Of a stretch of DNA of 64,000 nt, positions 1 to 10,980 are shown piece by piece; positions within the stretch are counted from its first letter, which is position 1, and each line of letters opens with the position of its first letter. The notes under the pieces were generated by a model. The model was not told the DNA's origin. It did not search any database and saw only the letters and a program-made list of their open reading frames with translations. This DNA comes from Diplonema japonicum. Lineage: Eukaryota; Protista; Euglenozoa: Diplonemea. The translations under genes and the position numbers were made by a program. The stretch lies in NCBI GenBank assembly GCA_964019335.1, contig OZ025704.1, positions 310,001-374,000 of the forward strand. Reading direction: 5' to 3'.

Positions 1-131
1 GCCAGGACCCCGGCTGCGAGAAGTGGCCGGGCCGTATTGCATTGAAGCCCTTTGCGCAAAAGGTTTTTTATTTTTTATTTTTTTTTATTCAAATCGTCTA
101 TTTTTATAGACGCTCGATGGTAGGTGGTTAA
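1..131 (-). mobile_element. Terminal (5') end of a piggyBac-family element, truncated by the window edge
   Basis: Bases 3-131 align by eye to 48738-48847, the end of the full piggyBac copy (shared ggccgggccgtattgcattgaa(a)gccctttgcg and caaatcgtcta..tatagacgctcg). Ends in cgatggtaggtgg followed by TTAA at 128-131. Confidence 0.85.
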
Positions 132-537
132 TATATTTTATACTTCCAAACAAATTTACAAAAGAAAAAAAAAGGGAGAGGGGAAGGTGGAAAAAAAAAA
201 AAGGAAAAAAAAAAAGAAAGAAAGAAGAGGAAAAAAAAAAAAAAAAAAAAAGAAATTGCTGATAAGCTCTCTTCCTCCCCTCCCTCCCTCCTCCTCCTCC
301 TCCTCCTCTCCCTTCCCCTCTTTTTTTTTTATTTATTATACCCTTTGTTAAACCATTAGCTTAAAAAAAAAAAGAAAAAAGAAAAAAGCACCTTTTTTTT
401 CTTCTTCTTTTTTCTTTTTTTTTTTACCCCGTTTTTTTTTTTTTTTTTATTATTATTTACTTTTTTTTTTTTCCTTCTCCTCCCACCTTTGTTTTGTTAT
501 GAGGCTTAATAAGTTTTTTTTTTTTTTTTTTTTTTTT

Positions 538-790
538 GCTATTTACTGGTCAACAGTAGTTTCACGTTACCTCTCTGTTGCGGGCCCTCGACGGTGAACG
601 CAAGATCTGAGAGGACGGCGAAATCATCTTTCATTGGCGGTAAGTAAGCGAAAAAATTTTTTTCACGACACTCTAAGTTCTTCACCCTCAACGCTTAACC
701 CTAACGTGTACTCCTGTATCTGAAGGACAACCCCTGATTTTCGCCTTGGACGGGGTCTGGAGTGCGTTAAGTAATTTCAGAAGAGTGTAA
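538..790 (-). mobile_element. Short, degenerate copy (A) of an unclassified inverted-repeat/hairpin element, inverted relative to copy B
   Basis: Its reverse complement matches both ends of 3682-4414: cactcttctgaaattacttaacgcact vs cactcttcagaaattacttcacgcact, and agagtgtcgt..cttacYtaccgccaa..gaggtaacg..cagtaaatagc. The interior is much shorter and part of the hairpin is deleted. Confidence 0.75.
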
Positions 791-1019
791 ACAAAATTAA
801 CTTAAGAGAAAGAAAGAGAAGTGGAAAAAAAAAGGGGGGGAGGGTTATATTAACTCAACGACTTTGTCATTTTCCTCTTGATTTTTGTTCTTGTTTTCCC
901 TATCTTGTAGCACGCAAGCAGAAGAAGGAGGACAAAAAAAAAAAATGAAAGAGGGAAAAGAGTTTTTAAAAAAAAAAAGATAGGGCACATTATAAAGTTT
1001 TTTTTTTTTTGCAAGTGCC

Positions 1020-1067
<48 letters not shown>

Positions 1068-1171
1068 CATTTGGGTGTGATTCTGATGAGTTTTCAAAAA
1101 AAAAAGTTTTTTTTTTATTCGGGTTTGGGTCGCTGCTCAAACTTCTCTCCCTATCTCACCATCATAAAAGC

Positions 1172-1213
<42 letters not shown>

Positions 1214-1321
1214 ACTCGTAAAATCTAGCCTGAGAGATAAGAGCAAAACATGAAAAAAAAAAAGGGGAAACACTCATACAAAAAAGCTTTAGTTTTTCCG
1301 TAAGAGAAGGTTTTCGGGCCC

Positions 1322-1354
<33 letters not shown>

Positions 1355-1430
1355 TACGAAAGGGTCATTTTAAAGGTGTCTGTGCTGTGGGTCTGAACTA
1401 CCATACTGCTGGAAAAAAAAAAAAAAAAAG

Positions 1431-1466
<36 letters not shown>

Positions 1467-2400
1467 CTACACAAAGAAATGTACAAACTCAGCAAAAGAC
1501 AAATAAACAACAAAACAAAAAAAGGAAACAAAAAAAAGGAAAGAATCAAGCCTCCCCAAAGGAGGGCCAAGGGAATTTCTTGTTTGTAATGTAAATCGAA
1601 CTGTGCTTCCTGAAATTTGTGTTTCCTCAGGTTGGCGTATACGTTAGCTGTGAAGCACACTGCAACTGTCTAGCTATTTAAGAGGAGAAAGGCGCGGGAC
1701 GAATTGCCCTAATGTAATGCCAAGAGAAAAGGAGAAAAAAAAAAGGGAAAAAAAATGAGGGAGGGAAAGGAAAAGGCTAGCCAACTCTTTCTAACGATGC
1801 GCCGCGATTCGCAATGGGAAAAAAAAAGATTTTTTTTTTCTTTCTTTCTTATTGTTGATTTACATTTTTTTTTTTGTCAATTGCGATGGTTGGGGGGGAA
1901 AAAAAATTGCTGAAATCCATGTATTCATCACATTTTTTTTTCCCCGAGCCTAGTCGCTTTTTTTTTTCAGCGGGGGGGGCTATGTTGGCAAGAAACGGGG
2001 AAACGTTTTCTGTTTCCGTTTCCTTATTTTTCAAAAAAAAAAAAAAAAAAAAAAAAAAAGAAAAGAAAAAAAAAAAAAAAAGAGAAAGCTTGGAAACGCG
2101 TTTCCTTACCGACATAGCCCTAGGGGGGAGTTGACTGCACTGCCTTCAAAAAGAAAACATTTGTACTTCTCCCCCCTCGAGAGTTCTTTTTCATTTTTTT
2201 TTTTTAACCGCTGCTGAAAGGGGATAGGTGCAGGTAGAAGATGAGAACAAGGGGGCGTCTCACAAGACTTCCTTTACCTCATATATTTTTTTTCCTTATC
2301 CTACTATCTCGATTCAGATGCCATCCGTGCATGAGAAGGGTAAGAATATGCAGAAAGAAAGAAGGAAAAGATTTCAACTGGAAACCCTGCCTTCGTGTTG

Positions 2401-2431
<31 letters not shown>

Positions 2432-2601
2432 TCCTTCTTTCTTGAGAGGTCTTCGAATATAAGGTGAATCCATTTTCTATTTATTTTTTTTTTTCTTCCC
2501 CCCTCAGTTATTATTATGTGACAGTAACCAAGCTGTGGCTATTTTAGGAAACTGAAGTAGCCAGCTTCGCAGGGTAGCTAGTGATGGCTGCCTTGTGTTC
2601 A

Positions 2602-2635
<34 letters not shown>

Positions 2636-3635
2636 TTGCATTCTCCTTCTCCTCCTCTCCCCACTTACTTCCCCTACCCCATATGGTTAGGGATTTCTTT
2701 TTTTTCTCTTTCTTTTATACACTAAAGTCTGGTGTAGAAATAAGTACCCGGGATGCGTGAGAGGAACGATTTTTTTTTTTTGCATAAAATTTTAAAGGGA
2801 TTGAGGCAATTTCGGGGTGGGTCTTTTATTTATTTATTTTTATATTTTTTATTCCCCTCTCCTTTTCTCTCTCTCTCTCTCTCTCTCCCCCCCCCCCATA
2901 TTTATTTTTATTGTGTTGTGGGTCAGTCTTGGGAATAAAAGAAGAAGAAGAAAAAAAAGAAAAAGAAAAAAAAAGAAAAACACATTGTTTAGAAGAACGA
3001 AACAAGAAGAAGAAAAAAAAAAAAGAGAGAGGGTAAACACAAACATACCTCTTTTTTTTCTAAAACGATCCAGCTTTATATTTTTCATTTTTCGTTTCCC
3101 CTCTTTTTTTTGTTCTTTCCCCCCCCCTTTTTTTTCTCAAAAGATTTGGGAACCAAGGTACAGGCGCGAGGTACTAAGGTTTTGCTAAAGAGAGGGGGGG
3201 TGGGGAGGGAGGAAAAAGAAAGAAAAGCAAACTTAGAGCTTTATTTTATTTTTTAAAAAAAATATTTTTTTTATATATATCTCTGATTGAGGGTGTTGAT
3301 GAAACAATTGCACAACCCACATATGGGTCTTTTTCTCCTTTATCGCTTTCTTGTGAAATTCAAAAACACCGAAAGCTGAAAAAAGCAACACGTGACTCAA
3401 GTTTCCCCGCTTGTGGCCAGAAGGAAAGAGAAAAAGAAGAAGAAGGGGGAAAAAAAAAGTGCATTAGAGACTTTTATTTCCAGGGCAGTAAGACTACTCG
3501 CTTTAAAACGCTAAATGTGCCAACGCTGTATTTGTTGGTTTTTTATTGAAGACATAAAGGAGAAAAAAAATCTTTTTAGAGATAAGTAGACAAGGGGGAC
3601 GTTCCAAAACAGGGACCTCCTTTTATCTCATCTCT

Positions 3636-3679
<44 letters not shown>

Positions 3680-3681
3680 TT

Positions 3682-4414
3682 CACTCTTCAGAAATTACTT
3701 CACGCACTGGGGGGCCCATTACTTCACGCTAAATCTCATTACTTCACGGTGAAATAATGGCCTGTTTTCCGTGGAGTAATTGGGGGTTTCCGTTAAATAA
3801 TATGCCTCGGTAGGCCAATTTTTGCCTCGGTTCGGTTCCCAGTGGGGCTACTTTTTCCTCTCAGTTTGCTATTTCCCCCCAGGTTCAGCTCAATTGGCCA
3901 ACTTTTGCCTCGGCTCAGTTCCAAGTTGGACTACTTTTTCCTCCCAATTTGCCCACTTTTGGCTAGGCCTTATTCCCAGTTTCTGTGGGTAACTCTTCTG
4001 TGGGTAAGGGTAACTTAGTCAGCTTACCCAAGCACCCCAAAAGACTTCAAAATACCGAAGCAGCAGAAAAAAAGGAGCCAGCGGCCGCGCCAGGTATGGG
4101 AAGGCCTGATTAGAGATGGTGACAGTGGCAATGCCAGCGACAGCGGCAGCTCTTAGTCAACAAAAGGAGGAAAAACAACTTGTATTGTAACCTTTGTAAC
4201 CCCTCTCTTGTTGTACCCCTTGTCACCCTGTTGTGCCCCTCGTGGTGAAGTAATTTCAGAGTGTCGTAAAATAAAACCACTTACCTACCGCCAAGTAATG
4301 CTTTACCGACCTCTCGGTTCCGCATTTTACCATCTCGGGCCCTGCGGGCCCTCGACGGTAAAATGCGGAACCTCGAGGTAACGGTAAAGTCATTACTTGT
4401 TGGCAGTAAATAGC
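3682..4414 (+). mobile_element. Non-autonomous element (copy B) with ~20-bp inverted repeats, short motif arrays and a long terminal hairpin; superfamily unassigned
   Basis: Inverted repeat cactcttcagaaattacttcac (3682-3703) / gtgaagtaatttcagagtg (4245-4263). Three attacttcacg copies plus inverted degenerate copies near 3694-3800. Hairpin at 4292-4399 with a perfect 16-bp stem (4316-4331/4357-4372). No ORF. A second copy lies at 538-790. Confidence 0.75.
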
Positions 4415-4785
4415 TATTTTTGTTCGCAAACAATGTTTATTGTCGAGAAAAAAAAAAAAAAAAAAAAAAAAAAAATAGTTAATGGCAAAAACGTAATGAG
4501 TTATTTTTTATTAGGTAAAAAATACCGCTCGTGCGCACTAGCAAAAATGAAACGCCAAAAAACTGTTTTTTTTTAAATGGGGGAGTACATATTTACAAAA
4601 GAATTGCGTAGCTTAACTAACAGGCGGGCTTGTTCGGGTACTTCTGGTCACATCTCCTCCTTCGGGACATCACCTCCACCACAGAGAGGAGCCTGTTGAA
4701 GCCTCTGCAATGGGCGCGTACTGGTCACGGGCAGTCGTTTAGGTCCAAAATCCGAAAAAGAAAAGTACATAATTTATACGGCAGA

Positions 4786-4822
<37 letters not shown>

Positions 4823-7400
4823 CATTCCCCCTCCCCCCCGAACATGCATATTTATTGTATTTTTTTTATTTTTTTGCCAACAAAGGGTTTTGGATTTTTT
4901 GGGTCTTATCCCTCCTCCTTCTCTCCCATTTTTTCTTTTGCAGAAAAAAAAAAAAAAAAAAAAAAAAATGGGCGTGTTCAAATGATAAGGGAACGTTGGC
5001 AAGCTTCTCCAGGTTTTTACCTCTAAAGTAACAGCCAGTTCCTCTAGAAAGGTGTCACATAACAGTATATCTCTTTATTTTTATTTTCTAAAAGAAAAAA
5101 AAAAGAAAAGATTGACTCTGCAGCATGATGACAAAAATAACTCTATATCCTACTTTCTATTTCTTTCTTCCTTCCCGACTTTTCCCTCAAAAAAAAAATC
5201 TTTTTGCACACGGTCTTTTCAGGTAATACAAAGAAGCACTGAAAGAAGCAAATAATCATGGGACGAGGATGGAACGGCAGGCAGCTGGCCTCCTTCTTTC
5301 TCCCCTTTTTATTTTTCCCCCGGCAGTACAAACAAAAAAAAAAAAAAAAAAGAAGACGAAAAGCAAAACCTTTTCCCTGCACTCCAAATATTCTTTTTTT
5401 TTTATTATTTTCCATTACTTTTTTTGGGATCCGGAAAGGCTAATAAGCATGAAAACGAGAAAAAAAAAAGAAAGAAAAAAAAAAAAGAAACAAAGAGTAA
5501 AATAACTGGAGAGGAGAACAAAGAATGCTCAGCCCCCCCCCCCCCCCCCCCTTTCCCCCCGTTTATATTCTTCTGCATCCAGCCGATTTAAAAAAAAAAG
5601 TTCAATTTCTTTTTTTTTTTTAGAGTAGAGGAATTTTTTTTTTTGCTGTTTTCTTTGGTGCCCAATACATGTATGCAAAAAAGCAGGGGAAAAAAAAAAA
5701 GAGGAATTGGGCTCTCCCTTTTTATTTGTTTTTTGTCAAAAGAAAATTTTAAATCGGCTGAAACCCCCCCCCCCCCCCCCCCACCACCTCCATCCCATTC
5801 GAGCAAATCCCCCCTTTTTTTTCCTCAAAGACTTCTTTTTTTTTCACTTTTTTTTGTTAGTGCGAAAAAAGTTTTTTTTTTTCCTTCACTCGCCTACTAT
5901 CAAGGTGGATTTCTTCCCCCTCACTCCTTTTCTTACCTTCTTTCTGCAGTATCTTAACACTATTGAGGTACTGATACTTATTTATTAAGCTTTTTCCTTT
6001 TTTGCTTTTTCCTTCTGTTACCCTCCCAGTGCGGAATCCTCGAAGCCTTGGGAAAAGATGTCGTCACTTGTTGAATAACACTAGAAAAAAGAATCCTTTA
6101 TGTGGTCTTAGCACTTTAGCTACCGTGGCTCTCATGTCATTAGCTGTCTATTTTGTACTACATATTATACACAAACAAAAGTTTTTTTTTTTTCTATTTC
6201 TTTTCCTCTTCTTCTTCCTTCAGGTACTTTACGTTATTTTTTTTTTTTTGTTATAACTCCCCCGGCTTGCTTTACGAAATAGTATCCTTCCATTCCACCC
6301 TGGTGTGCAATCGCGCTCTTTTCTCATTTTTTTTTCCCCCCGCCCTTCCCCCTCAGCTTCTTCCTGAAAAAATCAGAAGTTTTTCTTTTTTTTTTAGAAA
6401 AGGAAGAAAGACAAAGAAAAAAGTTTGGGGAAAAAGAGAAAAAAAAAAAAAAAGAAAAAACAAGAAAGATAATGAACAAAAGAGAGTGAATAGGAAGAAA
6501 CGAAGAAGGAAGAAGAAGAAGAAAGATTTCCCCCACCACTTTTTGAGGGGAAAGAAAAAAAGAAGAAAAAAAAGCAAGTTGTTGTGGATGTCGTACTTCT
6601 TATTTTTATAGGGGGGTATCTCCCACTCCCCCCTTTTTTTTTCTATTCGGGGTGGTGGGGTTAACACGGAAATATACTTTTTTTTTTTTTTTTTTTTTTT
6701 TGGAAAATCACACAAATATTATGGGAGGAAAAAAAGCTAAAAACATCACACTCCCCAGTCTTGTGGCAGTGCGATCAGCCTAGCCTAGTTTTCTTTGCTG
6801 AGTTCGGGATGGGTATTCAACTAAAGAAGGGTCGATAGATAGAAAGTCCGGCCATCCCTTGATCTGCTTCCATTCGCTTTATTGTTTTCCTCCACCCAAT
6901 TTTTGCCTTTTCAACAGCAGCCCATGTCAGTTCGTAGCAAATACGGGTTTTCTCTCTAAATTGTCGTCAGTAAGTCACAACATGAAAAAGAAAATATGGA
7001 GGGGTTTTTTTGACCCGTTGCTGCTGTTTTCTCCCTTCCCTTTCCTTCTTTCTCTCCTTTCTTTCCTTCCTCTACTCCCAACCCCCTCCCCCCCCTTACT
7101 GAATTCCTTCTTTTTTTTTTTTATTATATCCCTCCCTTTTCACCATATTTCTTTTTATTTTTTTTTTTATTATTATATTCCCCATCCAGCTGTTTTCCTC
7201 TTTCTTTTTTTTTTGTTTTTTTTTTTTTTCTTACTGCTCATCTCATTTTTTTTTCCCCCCCAAAACTCTTGTTTCTTCATTTTTCTCGTTTATTTCCGTT
7301 GTTTAAAAAAAAAAAGAAAAAGAAAAATAAAAAAAGAAATTAAAAAAAAGAAAAGACAGATGAGGGGGACAAAGCAAAGGAAAGAAAAAGAGAGAAAAAA

Positions 7401-10007
7401 ATGGGGATAATAGATTATTGCGTTTACGGTGGAATGCTCGCATTAATAGGGGCAGCCAAGGTGAACAAGTACCACGCTGGCACTAGGGAGAAGAACAAGA
7501 GAATAAACGAAAGACGGTCCACCCGCGAGGTAATGACAGTAAGGATACCCAGGACAGCTAACCCACGGCACAAAATTATTGCGGTGAAGATAATAACATG
7601 GGTGGCCATGATGTTGCGAAAGGTGATGGGCCACCGGCTGTGGAGGTGCCTATTTTGCGAAACAGTAAACGAGGCAGCGCTGCCCTGCAGGAAATGTGGA
7701 TTTTCTAGAAAACAGCGACGTTTCTACACCGACTCACCAGCAGCTCTTCCGGAGGTTCCTGAAGAGGATATTCGCTACTTAGTGGGAAGCCTTCTCTCAT
7801 GGCCAGCCACCGCTCACACTATGCAGCTTCGTTCTTGGATTTTCTATCGTGACTCATCACCCACACATATGCTTTGGACATGTTCTTCTTGTGGCACCAT
7901 CAACAGTAACATCCTTGTTTGTCGGCGTTGCCATGTTCCTAGAAAGCCTCTGCAGATACACACCACAGCGAGCTCCTCTTATTTACTGTTTAAAAACATC
8001 CCTTCCAGTGTCGTTGTCCCCGCTTTTGAGAAAGCCGTGTGGGAGCTCACGGCGCAGCATGTTATCTCGAGCCTCCCTGCTGGGCATAAACCGTATTCGT
8101 TGCTGTGCTGCTTTGAAAGCCAGCTTCATGCCGATCGTTGCCTCAATCATCTTGGCGGGGGTTGTTTCAAATACCTTGGGAAGCAGATCGAGGTAACCCC
8201 CTCCAAATGGGGGCATCGAAAGGCCCACATCGCGCAGAAAACAAAACTGTCGCACATCAAAGAGAGCCCCCTCGAGAACGGTGACGCTAGTGACATCAAA
8301 CACGCGGTGGGGACAACCACACAGCTGCCACAACACCAGCCGCATGTGATGGACCCATCTGAAGTGATTTACGTGAAAGGCCTCCCGTCATGGGTGTTCA
8401 ACGACCCTTTGATAAGCCCTGGCGACGTGAAAGACTACATTGAAGATCTGTGTGGAAAACGCCCTGTCCGGGTGGACAAGATAGACATGAACCGTCAGGG
8501 TTACACAGCAGCTGTGCTGCTGCAGTTCAAAGGCCCGCAAGCCATGAAAACAGCTTATAATAACCTGTTTTCCACGCAGGAGATCAAGCTCGACGTGCGG
8601 TGGACGCACACCCGGAAGAATCAGCAACGTCGCTGCGACCCTGTCCACACGGACTACCTCCACGACAAGGTGACGGCCATTGTGAGGGAGTGCAAGTCGG
8701 CAGAGGTGCGCGCATTAAAGCGCCCGTCTGAAAGAATAAAAACAAACATGCCTGCGAAGAGCATATGGTTGGTGCACCCACACGAAGGGGTGCACCTCGT
8801 GTGCATGAAGAGCAGTCTCATTGGTGACTCGGTTAAGGACCCTGTCGCCCCCCAAGAATGCGGCGATGCAGGTGGTGAAGAGTACCAAAAATGGTTGGCG
8901 AGTGACAGGGCAAAGCCAAGGCAAAACCCTTGGACATGGAATTACGAGCTGCCATATGATGCGCCCAGCACCCACAGGGTGGCACGGGACCTGCTGGAAC
9001 GGGGGGCCGTCTTCAACGACAGGACGCTATCTGCCTTGATCACCTACACGAGCAGACAGTGGGCTGGTGAGCTAGGGCAAAAGAACTACCGATACTTAAA
9101 GATTCCTGTTGAGGTTGTGGACGATCTCGTGAATGGGTTCACAGAGGTCCTAGCAAGCGATAAACATGATCTGATAGGTTTACGGTCGTACTGTAGCATG
9201 TTCACAGCGATGAGGGATGTTTCCCCGACAAGATGGCTGCATCTGTACGTCCGCTTCAGGCAGCATGTAGAATCTTTTGAGAAGACCCCATGCCTGGTGG
9301 CAGGGACCGACAGAGAAGGGCTGGAGTACCGGTGCATATACGAGTACCGGAAGGCCATCAACACCAATAAGAACCACGCGCCGAAAATGGTTAAAGTGAC
9401 GGACCACATCAGCAGGGTGTACAGCAGGCTGATGTCGTCCTGCGGGCGGCGGCACGGGCTGCAAAAAAGGCAGAACAAAAAGGTATGGGAGACATTCCTC
9501 CCCGTATTCCCGGCGATGCTCGTCAGAGACTTCGAGCAATTTGGGTTCATCCCTTCCGAGAGACATAAGTACCTTCTGTTTAGAGCATACACGGACTTGG
9601 GTACCTTTGAGAAGGCCTGCAACATGATCGAATGGGATGACAGGATCCTGGTGCCGCGTAAGGATTGGAAGGTGTCGATTAGTGATTCGCTCGTGCTGCC
9701 TGGGCTGGCCAATGCAACCCGTAATGAGGCTCACCTAACGGAGTTCCTGAACCTTCTACAGGCGGCGGGCGTCGAGCCTTGTTTTTACACTTACAAGAAT
9801 CTCGCGTATGTTACGAAGAACTGGTGGGACACACCCTCCCCTGAGCTTTCTGAGTCCTTTTCCAAGCTGGCCGACGAGCTGACTCCTAGCACCCCGCCTG
9901 AGAATCTCAACGCGCTGCTTGTCTCGAGCCCACCTCTTGGCATTTGCAAAATCGGCGCCGACACCACCCCATTGGGGCCACGCTCCCCGAGGTATATTCT
10001 CAGGTAG
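7401..10007 (+). CDS. 868-aa putative RNA-binding protein: two RanBP2-like zinc fingers, two RRM-like segments, C-terminal PPR-like helical repeats
   Basis: Long ORF with coding-type composition. Zinc fingers WRCLFCETVNEAALPCRKC and WTCSSCGTINSNILVCRRC. RNP2-like YLLFKNIP and VIYVKGLP. PPR-like GAVFNDRTLSALI, VYSRLMSSCGR, GFIPSERHKYLLFRAYTDLGTFEKA and GVEPCFYTYKNL. Confidence 0.75.
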   Translation: MGIIDYCVYGGMLALIGAAKVNKYHAGTREKNKRINERRSTREVMTVRIPRTANPRHKIIAVKIITWVAMMLRKVMGHRLWRCLFCETVNEAALPCRKCGFSRKQRRFYTDSPAALPEVPEEDIRYLVGSLLSWPATAHTMQLRSWIFYRDSSPTHMLWTCSSCGTINSNILVCRRCHVPRKPLQIHTTASSSYLLFKNIPSSVVVPAFEKAVWELTAQHVISSLPAGHKPYSLLCCFESQLHADRCLNHLGGGCFKYLGKQIEVTPSKWGHRKAHIAQKTKLSHIKESPLENGDASDIKHAVGTTTQLPQHQPHVMDPSEVIYVKGLPSWVFNDPLISPGDVKDYIEDLCGKRPVRVDKIDMNRQGYTAAVLLQFKGPQAMKTAYNNLFSTQEIKLDVRWTHTRKNQQRRCDPVHTDYLHDKVTAIVRECKSAEVRALKRPSERIKTNMPAKSIWLVHPHEGVHLVCMKSSLIGDSVKDPVAPQECGDAGGEEYQKWLASDRAKPRQNPWTWNYELPYDAPSTHRVARDLLERGAVFNDRTLSALITYTSRQWAGELGQKNYRYLKIPVEVVDDLVNGFTEVLASDKHDLIGLRSYCSMFTAMRDVSPTRWLHLYVRFRQHVESFEKTPCLVAGTDREGLEYRCIYEYRKAINTNKNHAPKMVKVTDHISRVYSRLMSSCGRRHGLQKRQNKKVWETFLPVFPAMLVRDFEQFGFIPSERHKYLLFRAYTDLGTFEKACNMIEWDDRILVPRKDWKVSISDSLVLPGLANATRNEAHLTEFLNLLQAAGVEPCFYTYKNLAYVTKNWWDTPSPELSESFSKLADELTPSTPPENLNALLVSSPPLGICKIGADTTPLGPRSPRYILR

Positions 10008-10141
10008 GCTTCCCCCACATTCTTTTTTTTTTTTTCTTCTTCTTTTTTTTTTGGTTGTATGTGATCATCGGGCGGAAGATTTTCAAGGATTTCAATTTTT
10101 TCTTTATTCTTGTCAGTTAACCCCACCCCTCCCCCAACTAC

Positions 10142-10546
10142 ATGTCTCAGGGAATATGCATGAAAGACCCGTACATTATAGCGGGGGGGCGTCGGAGAGG
10201 GAGGTACTGCAGAGTAGTCGGGAGGTGCACAGTTGAGAGCGTGCTGCATGATGCTGGAAAGCTCGGAGAGTTCATTCCGACACAAAGGGCGGTCATGCAC
10301 CAAAGAGTCATGAAGACGACAACACTGCTCCACGAGAGCAAGGAACACATGGAGGTGAACATGTGTAGAGTTGTGCGCGTCCCTGGGGTCGCTGTGCAGC
10401 AAGACGCCAGCAGAGCCGCGGGTGAAAACAACGTAAGCGAAACCAACAACAAGCCCCCCTACGACTCATCTATATACAAATCGAAATCAAGACGAAGACT
10501 CGAATCTGCAATGGCCTGGGTCAACATGGCACGATTCACAACTTAA
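10142..10546 (+). CDS. 134-aa hypothetical protein, possible KOW-like motif
   Basis: ATG-started ORF of complex sequence between low-complexity spacers, preceded by a pyrimidine tract. YIIAGGRRRGRYCRVVG loosely resembles a KOW motif. Confidence 0.5.
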   Translation: MSQGICMKDPYIIAGGRRRGRYCRVVGRCTVESVLHDAGKLGEFIPTQRAVMHQRVMKTTTLLHESKEHMEVNMCRVVRVPGVAVQQDASRAAGENNVSETNNKPPYDSSIYKSKSRRRLESAMAWVNMARFTT

Positions 10547-10980
10547 AAATAAAAATAAAAAAGAACAAAAGAACAACCCCTTTATCAAGGGGAACGGGGG
10601 GGATAGAAGAAAAAAAAGAAATGAGTTAAAGGAAGTCTTTGTAAAACACCCTGCATCTATCGCCTTTCAGCTGCGGTTTCTCCTCCTTGTTCCTGCTTTT
10701 TTGCTTTCAGGGCTGCGTCCCGAAGGCTGCTCCCCCACTACTGCCCTGCCAGCAAGTGTCTTTGCGTTCCTTCAAGTCGTTTCTTGACAGCTATCGGGAT
10801 ATGCTCCACGGTGTCCGTGCGCCACCGCATGTGGTCTTCACAGTTTTCCAGCTTAACTATCTACATGTTGAGCTTCATCCAACCTTGCAATGTCGTCCAA
10901 AACACGAGCAACACGCAAAAAAAGAAAAAGAAAAAAAGAAAGAAAGTAATAAAGGGGGAAAAGAGGGAGGGGAGGGAAAT

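Noticed and set aside
696-705. taaccctaac, resembling a telomeric repeat
   Set aside because: Fewer than two units; compatible with chance.
2228-2400. QVEDENKGASHKTSFTS...MP, faintly like an LTR-retrotransposon RT segment
   Set aside because: Too short and degenerate, with no YxDD motif or other supporting segment.
3694-3800. Short spaced repeats (attacttcacg) as a CRISPR-like array
   Set aside because: The repeats are only ~11 bp with short irregular spacing, sit inside a eukaryotic repeat element, and have no cas genes nearby.
124-7400. Many 60-180-aa K-, F- or P-rich ORFs here and in 24941-29415, 38220-38950 and 46000-47030
   Set aside because: They are translations of poly-A/T/C runs, which lack stop codons by composition. 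They show no protein-like complexity.
10004-10150. Possible intron joining the 868-aa ORF to the 134-aa ORF
   Set aside because: The candidate donors (9992, 10004) are phase 2. The acceptor at 10150 shifts the frame and hits a stop, and the one at 10116 gives an immediate TAA. Kept as separate genes.
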